From the NCBI GenBank assembly GCA_041615815.1, contig JBFJCP010000018.1, positions 1 through 64,000 of the forward strand: DNA of 64,000 nucleotides, written 5' to 3'. Position numbers and translations under genes: made by a program. Below are positions 47,346-57,430 of the stretch, in pieces (within the stretch, counting starts at the first letter, position 1; every line of letters begins with the position of its first letter). The stretch comes from Gemmatimonadales bacterium (lineage in GTDB: Bacteria; Gemmatimonadota; Gemmatimonadetes; Gemmatimonadales; GWC2-71-9). The notes under the pieces are model-generated. The model did no database searches. It had not been told where the DNA came from and saw only the letters and a program-made list of their open reading frames with translations.

Positions 47346-49466
47346 ATGCTGTCGCGTTTTCGATCGTTGGTTGTCGCGCTCACGGTTGCCATCCTCTCAG
47401 GACAGACGGCATGCACGGGAGCACCTGAGCCCCTGGAGGCGCGCATTCGTCGAGTGACCACCGCCATCGATGACGCGCGCTTGACCACAGCGGATCGTGA
47501 CACGGCCAATTGGCTCACGTACGGGCGGACGTACGACGAGCGTCGTCACAGCCCGCTGGATCAGATCAGCGACACCAACGTGGATCAGTTGGGTCTCCTC
47601 TGGAGTCTCGAACTGGGCACCAAGCGGGGACTCGAGGCCACGCCCATCGTCGTGGACGGGGTCATGTTCTTCACGGGAACGTGGAGCGTGGTGCACGCGG
47701 TCGACGCCCGCACCGGAAGTCTCATCTGGCGGCATGATCCGGGTGTTCCCCGCGACAAAGCAAAGTATTTCTGCTGTGATGTGGTGAACCGTGGTGTGGC
47801 CGTGTACAAGGGCAAGGTCTACAGCGGTGTGCTCGACGGGCGGATGATTGCGTTGGATGCAGCCACGGGGGCTCCCGTATGGAGCGTGTGGACCGTCGAC
47901 ACGACCATGCACTATTCGATTACGGGTGCGCCACGCATTGTGAAGGGAAGGGTCGTCATCGGCAATGGAGGCGCCGAGTACGGCGTGCGGGGCTATGTAT
48001 CGGCATACGATGCAGAGACTGGAAAGCTCGAGTGGCGGGTCTACACCGTCCCCGGCGATCCGTCACGAGGGTTCGAATCGCCGGCGTTGGAGACGGCGGC
48101 CAGCACCTGGAGCGGCGAGTGGTGGACGGCGGGTGGTGGGGGGACGGCGTGGGACGCCATCGTCTACGATCCGGAACTGGATCTCCTTTATATAGGGACC
48201 GGCAACGGCTCCCCTTGGAACCGCCACGTCCGAAGCCCCGGAGGTGGGGACAACCTCTATCTGGCCTCGATCCTGGCGCTCAACCCGGACGACGGGACGC
48301 TCGTCTGGCATTATCAGACCACGCCAGGAGACAACTGGGACTATACGGCCACACAGCCGCTCATGCTGGCCGACCTCGCGATCGACGGGGAGATGCGCCA
48401 AGTGATCATGCAGGCGCCCAAGAACGGGTTCTTCTTTGTCCTCGATCGAAAGACCGGGGAGTTTCTCTCGGCTAGGCCCTATGTCGATGTGACGTGGGCC
48501 ACGGGGATCGACATGGCGGGCCGTCCCCTGGAGAATCCCGCCGCGACGGTGACCGAGGCGTTCTTGGTATCGCCGGGACCGGGAGGGGCGCACAACTGGA
48601 TGCCGATGTCGTTCGATCCTGCGTCGGGGCTGGTGTTCTTCCCAGCTCGCGAGGAATGGTTCGTGCACAATCCCGATTCGAACTGGACCTACGATTCCCG
48701 CACGTGGAACATGGGGATCGACGTCGGCATCTTCGTGGACCTCCCCGAACATTTGGTCCCACCCGATCCCACCGAGGAGTTGGTAGCGTGGGATCCCGTT
48801 GCACAGGAGGCCCGTTGGCGCGTGCCGATGGATGCGCCGTGGAATGGCGGTACCCTCTCCACGGCCGGGAACCTCGTGTTCCACGGAACGGCCACCGGCA
48901 AGCTCGTGGCGTACCGTACCACCGATGGTGAGAAGCTGTGGGAGGGCGACACGGGGACCGGAATCATCGCAGCACCAGTCACCTATCTCGTAGACGGTGA
49001 GCAATATGTGTCGGTGCTGGCAGGGTGGGGTGGCCCGCCGCTTCTGTTCAACGAGCCGGCGTTTCGGATCGCGGCAAAGCGCGGCGGACGCCTCGTGACC
49101 TTTGCGTTGGGCGGAATGGCAGCGTTGAATCTCCCTCCCAAAGTCGAGCGTCCGCCGCCGGTTCCGGCCATCGAGGTCGCGGCGACGCCGGATGAGATCA
49201 AAGAAGGGAACCGGCTGTATGGGTACCACTGCATCGTGTGCCACGGGATGGATGCGGTGAGTGGTGGTGCGGTGCCCGACTTGCGCTACGCGTCCAAAGA
49301 GACGCACGAGCGGTTCGAAGACATCGTGCTCGGTGGTGCGCTCAGGACCAACGGGATGCCACCATTTGCACGGCAACTGAGTTCCGAAGACGTGCGGTTG
49401 ATCCAGAAATTCGTGCTCGCTAAGGCCACGGCGGCGCAAAGGGATGCCACGGCCGCCTCGCCGTGA
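47346..49466 (+). CDS. Type II quinohemoprotein (PQQ + heme c) alcohol dehydrogenase
   Basis: EATPIV.DG, vicinal CCDVVNRG, GAP, WHYQTTP.D.WDYT, QAPKNG, HNW.PM; C-terminal CIVCH; GGGAGG RBS; probable lipobox TAC. Confidence 0.93.
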   Translation: MLSRFRSLVVALTVAILSGQTACTGAPEPLEARIRRVTTAIDDARLTTADRDTANWLTYGRTYDERRHSPLDQISDTNVDQLGLLWSLELGTKRGLEATPIVVDGVMFFTGTWSVVHAVDARTGSLIWRHDPGVPRDKAKYFCCDVVNRGVAVYKGKVYSGVLDGRMIALDAATGAPVWSVWTVDTTMHYSITGAPRIVKGRVVIGNGGAEYGVRGYVSAYDAETGKLEWRVYTVPGDPSRGFESPALETAASTWSGEWWTAGGGGTAWDAIVYDPELDLLYIGTGNGSPWNRHVRSPGGGDNLYLASILALNPDDGTLVWHYQTTPGDNWDYTATQPLMLADLAIDGEMRQVIMQAPKNGFFFVLDRKTGEFLSARPYVDVTWATGIDMAGRPLENPAATVTEAFLVSPGPGGAHNWMPMSFDPASGLVFFPAREEWFVHNPDSNWTYDSRTWNMGIDVGIFVDLPEHLVPPDPTEELVAWDPVAQEARWRVPMDAPWNGGTLSTAGNLVFHGTATGKLVAYRTTDGEKLWEGDTGTGIIAAPVTYLVDGEQYVSVLAGWGGPPLLFNEPAFRIAAKRGGRLVTFALGGMAALNLPPKVERPPPVPAIEVAATPDEIKEGNRLYGYHCIVCHGMDAVSGGAVPDLRYASKETHERFEDIVLGGALRTNGMPPFARQLSSEDVRLIQKFVLAKATAAQRDATAASP

Positions 49467-49470
49467 TTCT

Positions 49471-49497
49471 GTAATTTGTTGTTGTACAAGTATTTAC
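49471..49497. promoter_or_regulatory. AT-rich imperfect inverted repeat (two opposed IHF-like CAA-N4-TTA half sites)
   Basis: GTAAtttgTTGttgtaCAAgtatTTAC in an otherwise GC-rich background. Confidence 0.4.
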
Positions 49498-49620
49498 GAC
49501 CAAGGCCGTCCCACGAGGCGCCGATCGCGAACCCGGGCCTTCTAGTCGCGGGCGTGCCCGCGTTCCATCTTAGAACGTTCGTCGATTCGTTCCGATCACT
49601 CATCCTTCAGAGGAGGAACC

Positions 49621-49941
49621 ATGGAGAAGATCGGTCAGTGGGCGTTCATTGGCGGGCTCGGCATCGCCGTGTTGGCGGGGTTCGGGCTCGAAGCGAGCTG
49701 GTTCGTGTGGGTGCTGGCGATCCTCGGTCTCATCGTGGGGTTCATGAACGTGACGGGCGAGGAGACGCAGGGATTCCTGCTCGCGGCCATTGGACTCATG
49801 CTCTCTGCGACGGCCGTGCGGTCGCTGCCGTTTCTGGGCGATCTCGTGACGCGTATCATGTCCAATGTCGTGCTGTTCATTGCGCCCGCGGTCCTCATCG
49901 TCGCACTGAAGGCGTTGTTCCAGACCGCCAAGCGCGCCTGA
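49621..49941 (+). CDS. Small 4-TM membrane protein (106 aa)
   Basis: GAGGAGG RBS; four hydrophobic helices; GLIVGFMN...E...FL..A and PA..IVALK motifs. Confidence 0.85.
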   Translation: MEKIGQWAFIGGLGIAVLAGFGLEASWFVWVLAILGLIVGFMNVTGEETQGFLLAAIGLMLSATAVRSLPFLGDLVTRIMSNVVLFIAPAVLIVALKALFQTAKRA

Positions 49942-50512
49942 CAGCGCGGCCGTCAGGCGGCCGCTGACTCCGCCGGCTGCCTGCCCGCCAGTCCGCGGGG
50001 CACCATCGCGCCGTACGCCATGGAGGGGTTTCACTACGAGATCCGGACGTTTCCGGTCCAGTAGAAGTCGCGTCTGTCCCATCGCCGGTCTGGGGCGTAC
50101 CCTGTCGCTGGCAGCGTAGCCGTCTGCATCCTGATCTTTCGGGCGGCTGGACTCGTACGGGTTGACCTGCTCGCGACGAGCGGTCGCGCGCCGATGGTGC
50201 TTCGCGCATCTCCGTCGCTCGCGTCTGAACATCGCGTGGGCGCTCGCGACCACGTGTGCTGGGTCCTATCTTGAGCACATAGTGTGAAACGGCACGAGGA
50301 GTTGGAGGCGAAGGCGACGGATGAGCGAGATCGGGACTCGCCTCTCAACCGTCTCTGGCTCCCGCCACGAAACAGCGCGCCAGCTCGGGCCCGGACTCGC
50401 GCAAACCCCCTCCACGCTGCATCTTAGAGGGGTCTCCAAGACTCGAGCTGTCCATTGTGATCCAGGCGGGGTATTGCGTCCCTCCCCGCCGTCTCCCGTA
50501 TCGGCGCCCTGC

Positions 50513-51082
50513 ATGATCGAAGAAATCCGTGAACGCCTCTCCAAAGAGGTCCAGCAACTGAATCACGAGCTCCACGTGGTCCTCCCCGAGGTGCTCCAAA
50601 AAGCCCGGGAACTCGGCGACCTCCGGGAGAACGCGGATTTCCAGGCGGCAATCGAGCGCCAACAGTTCATTCAAGCCCGCTTGAGCCACTTGCGGGACCG
50701 GCTCGGCAGACTCTCGTCCATCGACACCAACAAGATCCCGCGTGACCGTGTGGGGCTCGGGTCCATTGTGACGGTGCTGGATTTGGAGACCCAGGACCGC
50801 GAGGTGTTCGAGCTGGTGATTCCGGATGCCATGGATGTGGATGCAGGACATATCTCCGTGTCGTCACCCCTGGGTCAGGCACTCTTGGGACTGCAGCAGG
50901 GCGAAGAGGCGGGTGTCCAGCTTCCCTTCGGCACGCGGCGTCTCAAGATCGAGCGGATTCAAACGATCCACGTCCAGCTCGAGAACAACCGAGCCGGATC
51001 GGCGCCCGCGGAGGTGAAGAAGCCGTCGAAAGGGAAAACGTCGAAGGGGAAAAGGAAGAAAGCGAAGAAGAAGAAGGACTAA
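50513..51082 (+). CDS. greA: GreA/GreB family transcript cleavage factor with Lys-rich tail
   Basis: ARELGDLRENADFQAA acidic finger; V.LGS.V, ISV.SPLG.ALLG, V.LP.G. Confidence 0.88.
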   Translation: MIEEIRERLSKEVQQLNHELHVVLPEVLQKARELGDLRENADFQAAIERQQFIQARLSHLRDRLGRLSSIDTNKIPRDRVGLGSIVTVLDLETQDREVFELVIPDAMDVDAGHISVSSPLGQALLGLQQGEEAGVQLPFGTRRLKIERIQTIHVQLENNRAGSAPAEVKKPSKGKTSKGKRKKAKKKKD

Positions 51083-52095
51083 CGCGTCTCCATTCCCCTG
51101 ATCGCTCCCTTGATCAGGTTGTACGCTGCCTGCCGCGATCGGCCCTCGGGATCTCGTTCCCCCGCAGGTGTCGACGCGATCCCAAGACCCGCTACCTTTT
51201 CGTACCGGAACATCTCCGTCAGTGCTGCTGCCAGTTCCAAGCTCGTTGGGCCATCGGGCACGGTGAGCGGATGACCGGCTACCTCCGCGGGATCCAGCAC
51301 ATCCATATCCACGTGCACGTAGATCATGTCCACTAGCTCCGACAGACGGCGCATCTGGGCGTGGAGGTTCTCCGAACGGCGGCGAATGTCCTGCACGGTG
51401 ATCATCTCGATCTCGGAGCGATCCACCAGATCGGCCTCGAGCGGATCCAGGTCCCGCACGGCGCCCAGTACGATATGGCGGGTGGGAATGGCCGGCTCGA
51501 GTCCCGATCTCAATCGGAGGTTGGTGAGCGCCATTCCCGCCGCCACGGCCACCGGCATCCCCCCGAGCATCCCGCTCAACGTGGTTTCGGGAGTGTTGAA
51601 ATCGCCGTGTGCGTCGATGAACACCATGCCCACCTTGAGGGGACGCCGTGTGGGGCCTGAATGCTGCAAGCCGCCGAGCGTTCCAATGAGGGACGTGCAG
51701 TTGGCGAGGAGACCAACATGCAGGTACCCGAGCTTGCGGTTGGCTGCCACCATATCCGCGAGGTGACCGTTGGCGAGTCCCATGCGGTGCCACGCGCCGT
51801 AGTCTCGCTCTTCTTCGGGCAAGAGGCGCACGGTCTCGATCGGTTTGACCCCTACACCCATGGCCCGCAGGGTGTCGGCGATACCACCCTGCTCCAGATA
51901 GTCCGGGACGATCGAGAGCTCGGGAACGTTCCGCGCCCCCGAATACGGCATCTTGATCAGCGCAACCTTGACCGTGTGGTCTTCCTGTGCCGCGACCGGC
52001 GGTGTGAGGGAGAGCACCGCCAGCGAAGGGATCCCGACGATGAGCAACAGGGTAAGACGCACGAGCGACCTCGCTGGACCCACGAAGAATATCAT
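51079..52095 (-). CDS. Exported arginase/ureohydrolase-family protein
   Basis: FIDAHGDFNTP..T.SG..GGMP, G.RDLDP.E, HVDMDVLDP, P.GP; signal peptide. Confidence 0.88.
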   Translation of the reverse strand: MIFFVGPARSLVRLTLLLIVGIPSLAVLSLTPPVAAQEDHTVKVALIKMPYSGARNVPELSIVPDYLEQGGIADTLRAMGVGVKPIETVRLLPEEERDYGAWHRMGLANGHLADMVAANRKLGYLHVGLLANCTSLIGTLGGLQHSGPTRRPLKVGMVFIDAHGDFNTPETTLSGMLGGMPVAVAAGMALTNLRLRSGLEPAIPTRHIVLGAVRDLDPLEADLVDRSEIEMITVQDIRRRSENLHAQMRRLSELVDMIYVHVDMDVLDPAEVAGHPLTVPDGPTSLELAAALTEMFRYEKVAGLGIASTPAGERDPEGRSRQAAYNLIKGAIRGMETR

Positions 52096-52198
52096 TCGCT
52101 AAGAAACGCCCCTTCGGGAGCCTTGGCTAGTCTCTCATGCATCCGCGCGCTATAGTTCGCGAACCCCGAATCGTCGTTCCCTTCACCGGACGTACCCT

Positions 52199-54613
52199 AT
52201 GCAACGCGTTCTTCCGGCCTCGGTGATTATCCTCGCGCTGGCCATCCTCACGCTTCCCGCGACCGCCCAAGATCGGTTTGGTGGTGCCGTCGCAGCCGAC
52301 GACGGCATGGTGTATGTACTCAAACCGTCGCTGGGCCGCGGCCCGGCCGCCGTGTACGTCTACCGTCTGACGGACGACGGGACGTGGCAGCCAGGACCGC
52401 AGCTGCTGGTTCCTGCTGGAGATCGAACCGGTGAGGGTTTTGGCCAGTCCATCGCGACGAGCGGCGACATGTTGTTTGTGGCGAGTGGAGATCCTCAGGT
52501 CCGAATCGGTGCCCACCTTTTCCGTCGGACGTCGGAAGGGAGCTGGAACGCGACGGCGAGCATCGTTCTGCCGGGAGCCGAAGGCGCCGCGGGCCTTCCT
52601 CCAGAGGCGACCCTAGACTTCGCTGCCATCTTGCGCATCATGCAGCCGCCGCCACGCGTTGTTGCGGCCCACGGCCAATGGGCGATCGTGTCGGTACCTG
52701 GCGGCCCCGCGCCAACCCGCGGTGTGTGGGTGCTGGAACGACGATCCGACGAGTGGGCCGAAGTCGCGAAGCTGGAAGGCCAGGACCTCGGAGCCAACGA
52801 TCTCTACGGTGCTGCCGTGATGATCCGTGACGACCTGGCCGTCGTCGGGGCGCCGCGGCACGGGACCGCCGGTGCCGTCTATGTCTTCGCGCGCCACACG
52901 GCGGGCGAGTGGCACCAGACGGGAAAGCTCGAACCCGATTCCGCGGCTGCCGTCCCCCGGGGTAGCGCATTCGGCAGCGCGCTTGCGATCGACGGTGAGA
53001 CAATTCTGGTGGGCGTCCCCGGCGCGCGGCAGACGACGGGCCAAGTCCTCCTGTTCGCCAGAAACACCGACGGCAGTTGGCTTCGTCGAGGCAGCCTCGC
53101 TCCCTCGAGCGGCACTGCGGGTGACGGCTTTGGCAGCTCGCTTGCCCTGCATGGTGATGAGTTGTGGATTGGCGCCCCGCGGGCCGACGAATTCCGCGGG
53201 CGGCTATATCGATATGGTCGCACGGAAGCCGGTGAGTGGAGCGGCGGTGAGTCGTTTGCGCTCGAGGGTGCCGAGCCGCGTTTTGGCGTCGGCGCATCCG
53301 TTGCGTTGAGCGCACAAGTAGCCGTCGTGGGAGCGCCGTTTGCGGATGGTGGTTTGGGGCGCGCGGTGGTGTTCGCGCGGCGGTCAGACCGCACGTGGGG
53401 AGAGCCAACGTGGTTGAGTCCCGGGACTATCCTCGAACGCGTGGTGGGGCGGGAGGTCCGGTGCGCCGAGGGCAAGGCTGAGGGCTTCTCCTGCCAGAAC
53501 GTCGATTTGCTGGCGTTCCTTCCCATTCGCGCCATCGGTGGTGGGCCAGGCGAGGGCGTGAGCGACTTGTGGGGGTGGACCGATCCCCATACGAAGAAGG
53601 AATACGCCCTGGTGGGGCGCTCCGGTGGCGTGGCCATCGTGGATATCACGAGTCCCACGGGGCCGCGCTACCTCGGCGTGATCCCCGGAAACCGCAGCGG
53701 TGCGCGCGACATCAAGGTCTACAAGGATTACCTCTTCTTCACGGGTGACGGGGCGGGGAATCATGGCTTGCTGGTGTTCGATCTCACCCGTCTGCGCACG
53801 GTCGAGAATCCGCCAGTCACCTTCGAGCCTGACGCCCGGTACGATGAGATCGCAAGCGCGCACAACTTGATCATCGATACGGAGAGCGGTTTTGCGTTCA
53901 CAGTGGGCAACCGCGACGGCGGCAACACCTGCGGTGGCGGACTCCACATGGTGGACATACGCGATCCGTTGCATCCGACGTTTGCTGGGTGCTACACGGA
54001 CACCGAAGGACTTATTTGGCCGGGACGTACCCACGATGCCCAATGCGTCGTCTACCACGGACCTGATGAGCAATACCACGGCCGCCAGATTTGTCTCGCC
54101 GCCAATGAGACCGCCCTCCGAATCGTGGATGTGACAGACAAGGAAAACCCCATTCCCATCGCGGCCGCCACCTATCCGGGGATCAGCTATGTGCATCAGG
54201 GCTGGCTCACCGACGACCAACGTTATTTCTACTTGGACGACGAGCTCGATGAGCTGGTAGGCAGGACAGATCGTACGCGCACGCTGGTGTGGGATATCGC
54301 AGACTTGGACGATCCGGTGCTCGTTGGCCAGCACCTGGGGAGCACGGGCGCCACGGATCATAATCTGTATGTGAAGGGCAATCGCATGTACCAGGCCAAC
54401 TACTACGCCGGCCTACGCGTGCTGGACATCAGCGATCCGAAGAATCCCGTGGAGATCGGACACTTCGATACCACACCGTATGAAGGGAACCCTCCGGGGT
54501 TTGGCGGTGCATGGACGGCCTTCCCGTTCTTCGAAAGCGGCACCGTGATCGTTTCGAGCATGCACGAGGGCCTATTTGTGTTGAAGCCCAGGATGCAGGA
54601 GTTGTTGCCCTAG
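52199..54613 (+). CDS. Choice-of-anchor B family exported protein (FG-GAP repeats plus LVIVD-like propeller)
   Basis: Repeated FG.S/ALA...L.VGAP; F.C.NVDL, D.WGWTDP...EYA, RDIKVY, HDAQC, Y.HQGW, DHN.Y, GAW..FPFF.SG. Confidence 0.88.
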   Translation: MQRVLPASVIILALAILTLPATAQDRFGGAVAADDGMVYVLKPSLGRGPAAVYVYRLTDDGTWQPGPQLLVPAGDRTGEGFGQSIATSGDMLFVASGDPQVRIGAHLFRRTSEGSWNATASIVLPGAEGAAGLPPEATLDFAAILRIMQPPPRVVAAHGQWAIVSVPGGPAPTRGVWVLERRSDEWAEVAKLEGQDLGANDLYGAAVMIRDDLAVVGAPRHGTAGAVYVFARHTAGEWHQTGKLEPDSAAAVPRGSAFGSALAIDGETILVGVPGARQTTGQVLLFARNTDGSWLRRGSLAPSSGTAGDGFGSSLALHGDELWIGAPRADEFRGRLYRYGRTEAGEWSGGESFALEGAEPRFGVGASVALSAQVAVVGAPFADGGLGRAVVFARRSDRTWGEPTWLSPGTILERVVGREVRCAEGKAEGFSCQNVDLLAFLPIRAIGGGPGEGVSDLWGWTDPHTKKEYALVGRSGGVAIVDITSPTGPRYLGVIPGNRSGARDIKVYKDYLFFTGDGAGNHGLLVFDLTRLRTVENPPVTFEPDARYDEIASAHNLIIDTESGFAFTVGNRDGGNTCGGGLHMVDIRDPLHPTFAGCYTDTEGLIWPGRTHDAQCVVYHGPDEQYHGRQICLAANETALRIVDVTDKENPIPIAAATYPGISYVHQGWLTDDQRYFYLDDELDELVGRTDRTRTLVWDIADLDDPVLVGQHLGSTGATDHNLYVKGNRMYQANYYAGLRVLDISDPKNPVEIGHFDTTPYEGNPPGFGGAWTAFPFFESGTVIVSSMHEGLFVLKPRMQELLP

Positions 54614-54693
54614 CGCGGTGGTGAGCCGGTGTTGCAGGGACAGAAGGTGATAAGGCCGATCTTGAATGTACTAGGCCGGTCTGCGAGGACAGT

Positions 54694-55542
54694 TTGGACT
54701 CACAGCTGAACGCGTTGATCGCTCTCTTGGAAAATCATCGATCGGTGGTCCTCGCCGGAGCTGGCTGTTCTACCGAGTCGGGGATTCCCGACTATGGTGG
54801 ACTCGGCGCCAAACGCCGACGCCGTTTGGTGCAGTACCGCGCGTTCGTGGACGATCCGAGCATTCGGGTGCGGTACTGGGCCCGAAGTACCGTGGGGTGG
54901 CAGCGGGTAGCGCGCGCCAGACCCAATCCGGCGCATGCAGCCCTGGCGGCGCTGGAGCGCATGGGTTTGCTATCTGGCGTGATCACCCAAAATGTGGACG
55001 GCCTGCATCACCGCGCCGGCAATCGGCGAATCGTCGAGTTGCACGGCTCGCTGTCCAGAGTCCGCTGTCTGCATTGTCGTGGAATCGAGCCCCGTGTCCG
55101 GATGCAGGAGCGATTGCTCGCGATGAATCCGGATTTCGGCCACGAGCAGGCGCCATTCGCACCGGACGGAGACGCCGAGGTTTCCCATGGACGCTTCGGA
55201 ACCTTCAAAGTCCCGGATTGCGTGACTTGCTGTGGGATCCTCAAACCCGACGTCGTCTTCTTCGGCGAGAATGTTCCCAAGGAGCGCCTGGCAGAAGCCT
55301 GGAGGCTGTACGAGGATGCCGACGCGCTGCTGGTCGTGGGCTCTTCGCTCGCCGTCTTCTCGGGGTACCGCTTCGTCCTGCGGGCGACCGAGGATCGACG
55401 GCCCGTCGCCATCGTGAACGTGGGACCAACCAGGGGTGACGAACAGGCCACGGTGAAAATCGAGGAGCGGGTGGGAACGGTGCTTCCCCAACTCGCGAAC
55501 CGGTTGCGCGAACCCCGATCAAGGGGACGGCGAGCGGTCTGA
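54694..55542 (+). CDS. NAD-dependent protein deacylase, sirtuin class II (SIRT4-like)
   Basis: [61 protein letters not shown]. Confidence 0.93.
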   Translation: MDSQLNALIALLENHRSVVLAGAGCSTESGIPDYGGLGAKRRRRLVQYRAFVDDPSIRVRYWARSTVGWQRVARARPNPAHAALAALERMGLLSGVITQNVDGLHHRAGNRRIVELHGSLSRVRCLHCRGIEPRVRMQERLLAMNPDFGHEQAPFAPDGDAEVSHGRFGTFKVPDCVTCCGILKPDVVFFGENVPKERLAEAWRLYEDADALLVVGSSLAVFSGYRFVLRATEDRRPVAIVNVGPTRGDEQATVKIEERVGTVLPQLANRLREPRSRGRRAV

Positions 55543-56345
55543 TGGGCGGGATCGGGTTCTTTCGAACACCGCTGCCCGTGATCGGCGTCGTCCACTGCCC
55601 CCCGCTTTTGGGCGCGCCTGGCCAGTGTCTCGACGTCGCAGATATCGAAGCGTGGGTCCTGCGAGATGTCGAGGCGTTGGTCGCTGGTGGTGTGGACGGG
55701 ATGATTGTCGAGAATTTTGGTGACGCGCCCTTTTATCCAAGTCGCGTACCACCAGAGACCGTGGCCCACATGACGATGATTGCGCACCGTGTGCGTTCAA
55801 CCACGGACGTGCCCTTGGGTATCAACGTTCTTCGCAACGATGGCTTCTCGGCGTTGGCCATTGCCGTTGCGGTCCACGCCCAGTTCGTGCGGGTCAACGT
55901 CTTTACCGGCGCACGACTCACCGATCAGGGGATCGTGGAAGGCGAGGCGCACGGACTGCTGCGGTACCGTAAGGCGCTTGGTCATGACGTCGCGATTCTC
56001 GCGGATGTGGCGGTGAAGCACTCGGCCTCGCTGGATCGACGGCCTCTCGCGACACAGGTCGAGGATACGATCCGGCGCGGCAAAGCCGATGCGGTGATCG
56101 TGTCCGGCGAAGGGACTGGTAAACCCGTAGCCGTCGAGACCGTACGGGAGGCGAAGCGAGCAGCGTCCGCGACCCCGGTAGTCGTGGGTAGTGGAGTGAC
56201 GGTGTCCACCATCGATACCTTGGCAACGATCGCCGACGGGTTCATTGTGGGAACGGCATTCAAACACGACGGTGATGTCATGAATCCCGTCAGCACTTCC
56301 CGTGTCCGGGAGATCGTGAGCCGGGTGAGCGCGTACAGAGCATGA
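55542..56345 (+). CDS. BtpA/SgcQ family TIM-barrel protein
   Basis: IGVVH..PL.GAP, VENFGD.PF, GINVLRND, DQG..EG, ADV.VKH, IVSG..TG, VGSG, IVGT..K. Confidence 0.93.
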   Translation: MGGIGFFRTPLPVIGVVHCPPLLGAPGQCLDVADIEAWVLRDVEALVAGGVDGMIVENFGDAPFYPSRVPPETVAHMTMIAHRVRSTTDVPLGINVLRNDGFSALAIAVAVHAQFVRVNVFTGARLTDQGIVEGEAHGLLRYRKALGHDVAILADVAVKHSASLDRRPLATQVEDTIRRGKADAVIVSGEGTGKPVAVETVREAKRAASATPVVVGSGVTVSTIDTLATIADGFIVGTAFKHDGDVMNPVSTSRVREIVSRVSAYRA

Positions 56346-57430
56346 AAATCTGCACTATCCTGCTGATCGTCGGCACGTCGAGTCCCTGGCTGCCTCTTGT
56401 GTCTCAGGAAATCTCATTCGAGAGCTACGAGCCCCGATCTACGCTCGTGGTCCCCGCGCATCCAGTGTCTCGCGCGAGATTCCCATTCATCGATGTCCAC
56501 GCCCATCCTGACGGGCGCATGCCACCGGACTCGCTCGATCAACTGATCCGGGACATGGACGGACTCAACATGGCGGTCATGGTGAATCTCAGCGGCCGGA
56601 GCGGCGATCGGCTGCGCGAGATCGTGGAGAACATGAAGGGCCGGTATCCCGGTCGTTTCGTGGTTTTTTCCAACGTGAGTTTCGAGGACGTGGACGAGCC
56701 AACGTTTGGAAGGCGTGCGGCGCAGCAACTCGAAGATGATGTCCGAAGTGGGGCCAGTGGGCTCAAGATCTTCAAGAGTCTGGGGATGTGGATCACTGAC
56801 CGCGACAGTAATCGCGTACGCACCGACGATCCACGACTCGATCCCATTTGGGCCAAGTGTGCGGAGTTGGGGATCCCCGTGCTGATTCATACCGGAGATC
56901 CTGCACCGTTCTGGGAGCCCCACGATCGATTCAACGAGCGGTGGCTGGAGCTCAAGGAGCGACCGCGGCGTAAACGCCCGCCCGAGCCCAGTTGGGAAAC
57001 GATCATGCAGGAGCAGTGGAACGTGATTCACCGGCATCCGCGAACCACGTTCATCTCTGCGCATCTTTCCTGGCTCGGGAACGATCTGGGCCGGCTCGGG
57101 GCGCTGCTCGATTCGCTTCCCAACATGAACGTGGAGATCGGCGCGGTCCTGGCGGAGCTGGGCCGCCAACCCCGGTTTGCCAGGGATTTCTTGATTCGCT
57201 ACCAGGACCGGGTGCTGTTTGGGAAAGACGCTTGGGAGCCCAGCGAATATCACGTGTATTTTCGGACCCTGGAGACGGCGGACGAATACTTCGACTACTA
57301 CCGGCGGCGGCACGCCTTCTGGCAGCTCTATGGCCTGGAACTCCCGGACGAGGTTCTCCGCAAGCTGTATTACGGGAACGCGATACGACTCATCCCGGGG
57401 ATCGACACCAGCCGTTTTACGGCGCCATGA
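56342..57430 (+). CDS. Exported amidohydrolase (Amidohydro_2 type)
   Basis: IDVHAH, GLKIFK, VLIHTGDP, FISAH, ELGRQPR, LFGKD. Confidence 0.88.
   Translation: MKICTILLIVGTSSPWLPLVSQEISFESYEPRSTLVVPAHPVSRARFPFIDVHAHPDGRMPPDSLDQLIRDMDGLNMAVMVNLSGRSGDRLREIVENMKGRYPGRFVVFSNVSFEDVDEPTFGRRAAQQLEDDVRSGASGLKIFKSLGMWITDRDSNRVRTDDPRLDPIWAKCAELGIPVLIHTGDPAPFWEPHDRFNERWLELKERPRRKRPPEPSWETIMQEQWNVIHRHPRTTFISAHLSWLGNDLGRLGALLDSLPNMNVEIGAVLAELGRQPRFARDFLIRYQDRVLFGKDAWEPSEYHVYFRTLETADEYFDYYRRRHAFWQLYGLELPDEVLRKLYYGNAIRLIPGIDTSRFTAP

Noticed and set aside
50034..50129. Small minus-strand ORF MQTATLPATGYAPDRRWDRRDFYWTGNVRIS as a RiPP precursor
   Set aside because: No proper RBS spacing and no modifying enzymes or transporter adjacent
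54694..55542. Sirtuin as an anti-phage (Thoeris/DSR/SIR2-HerA) effector
   Set aside because: Has the zinc-binding module and class II deacylase motifs, and no defence partners are nearby
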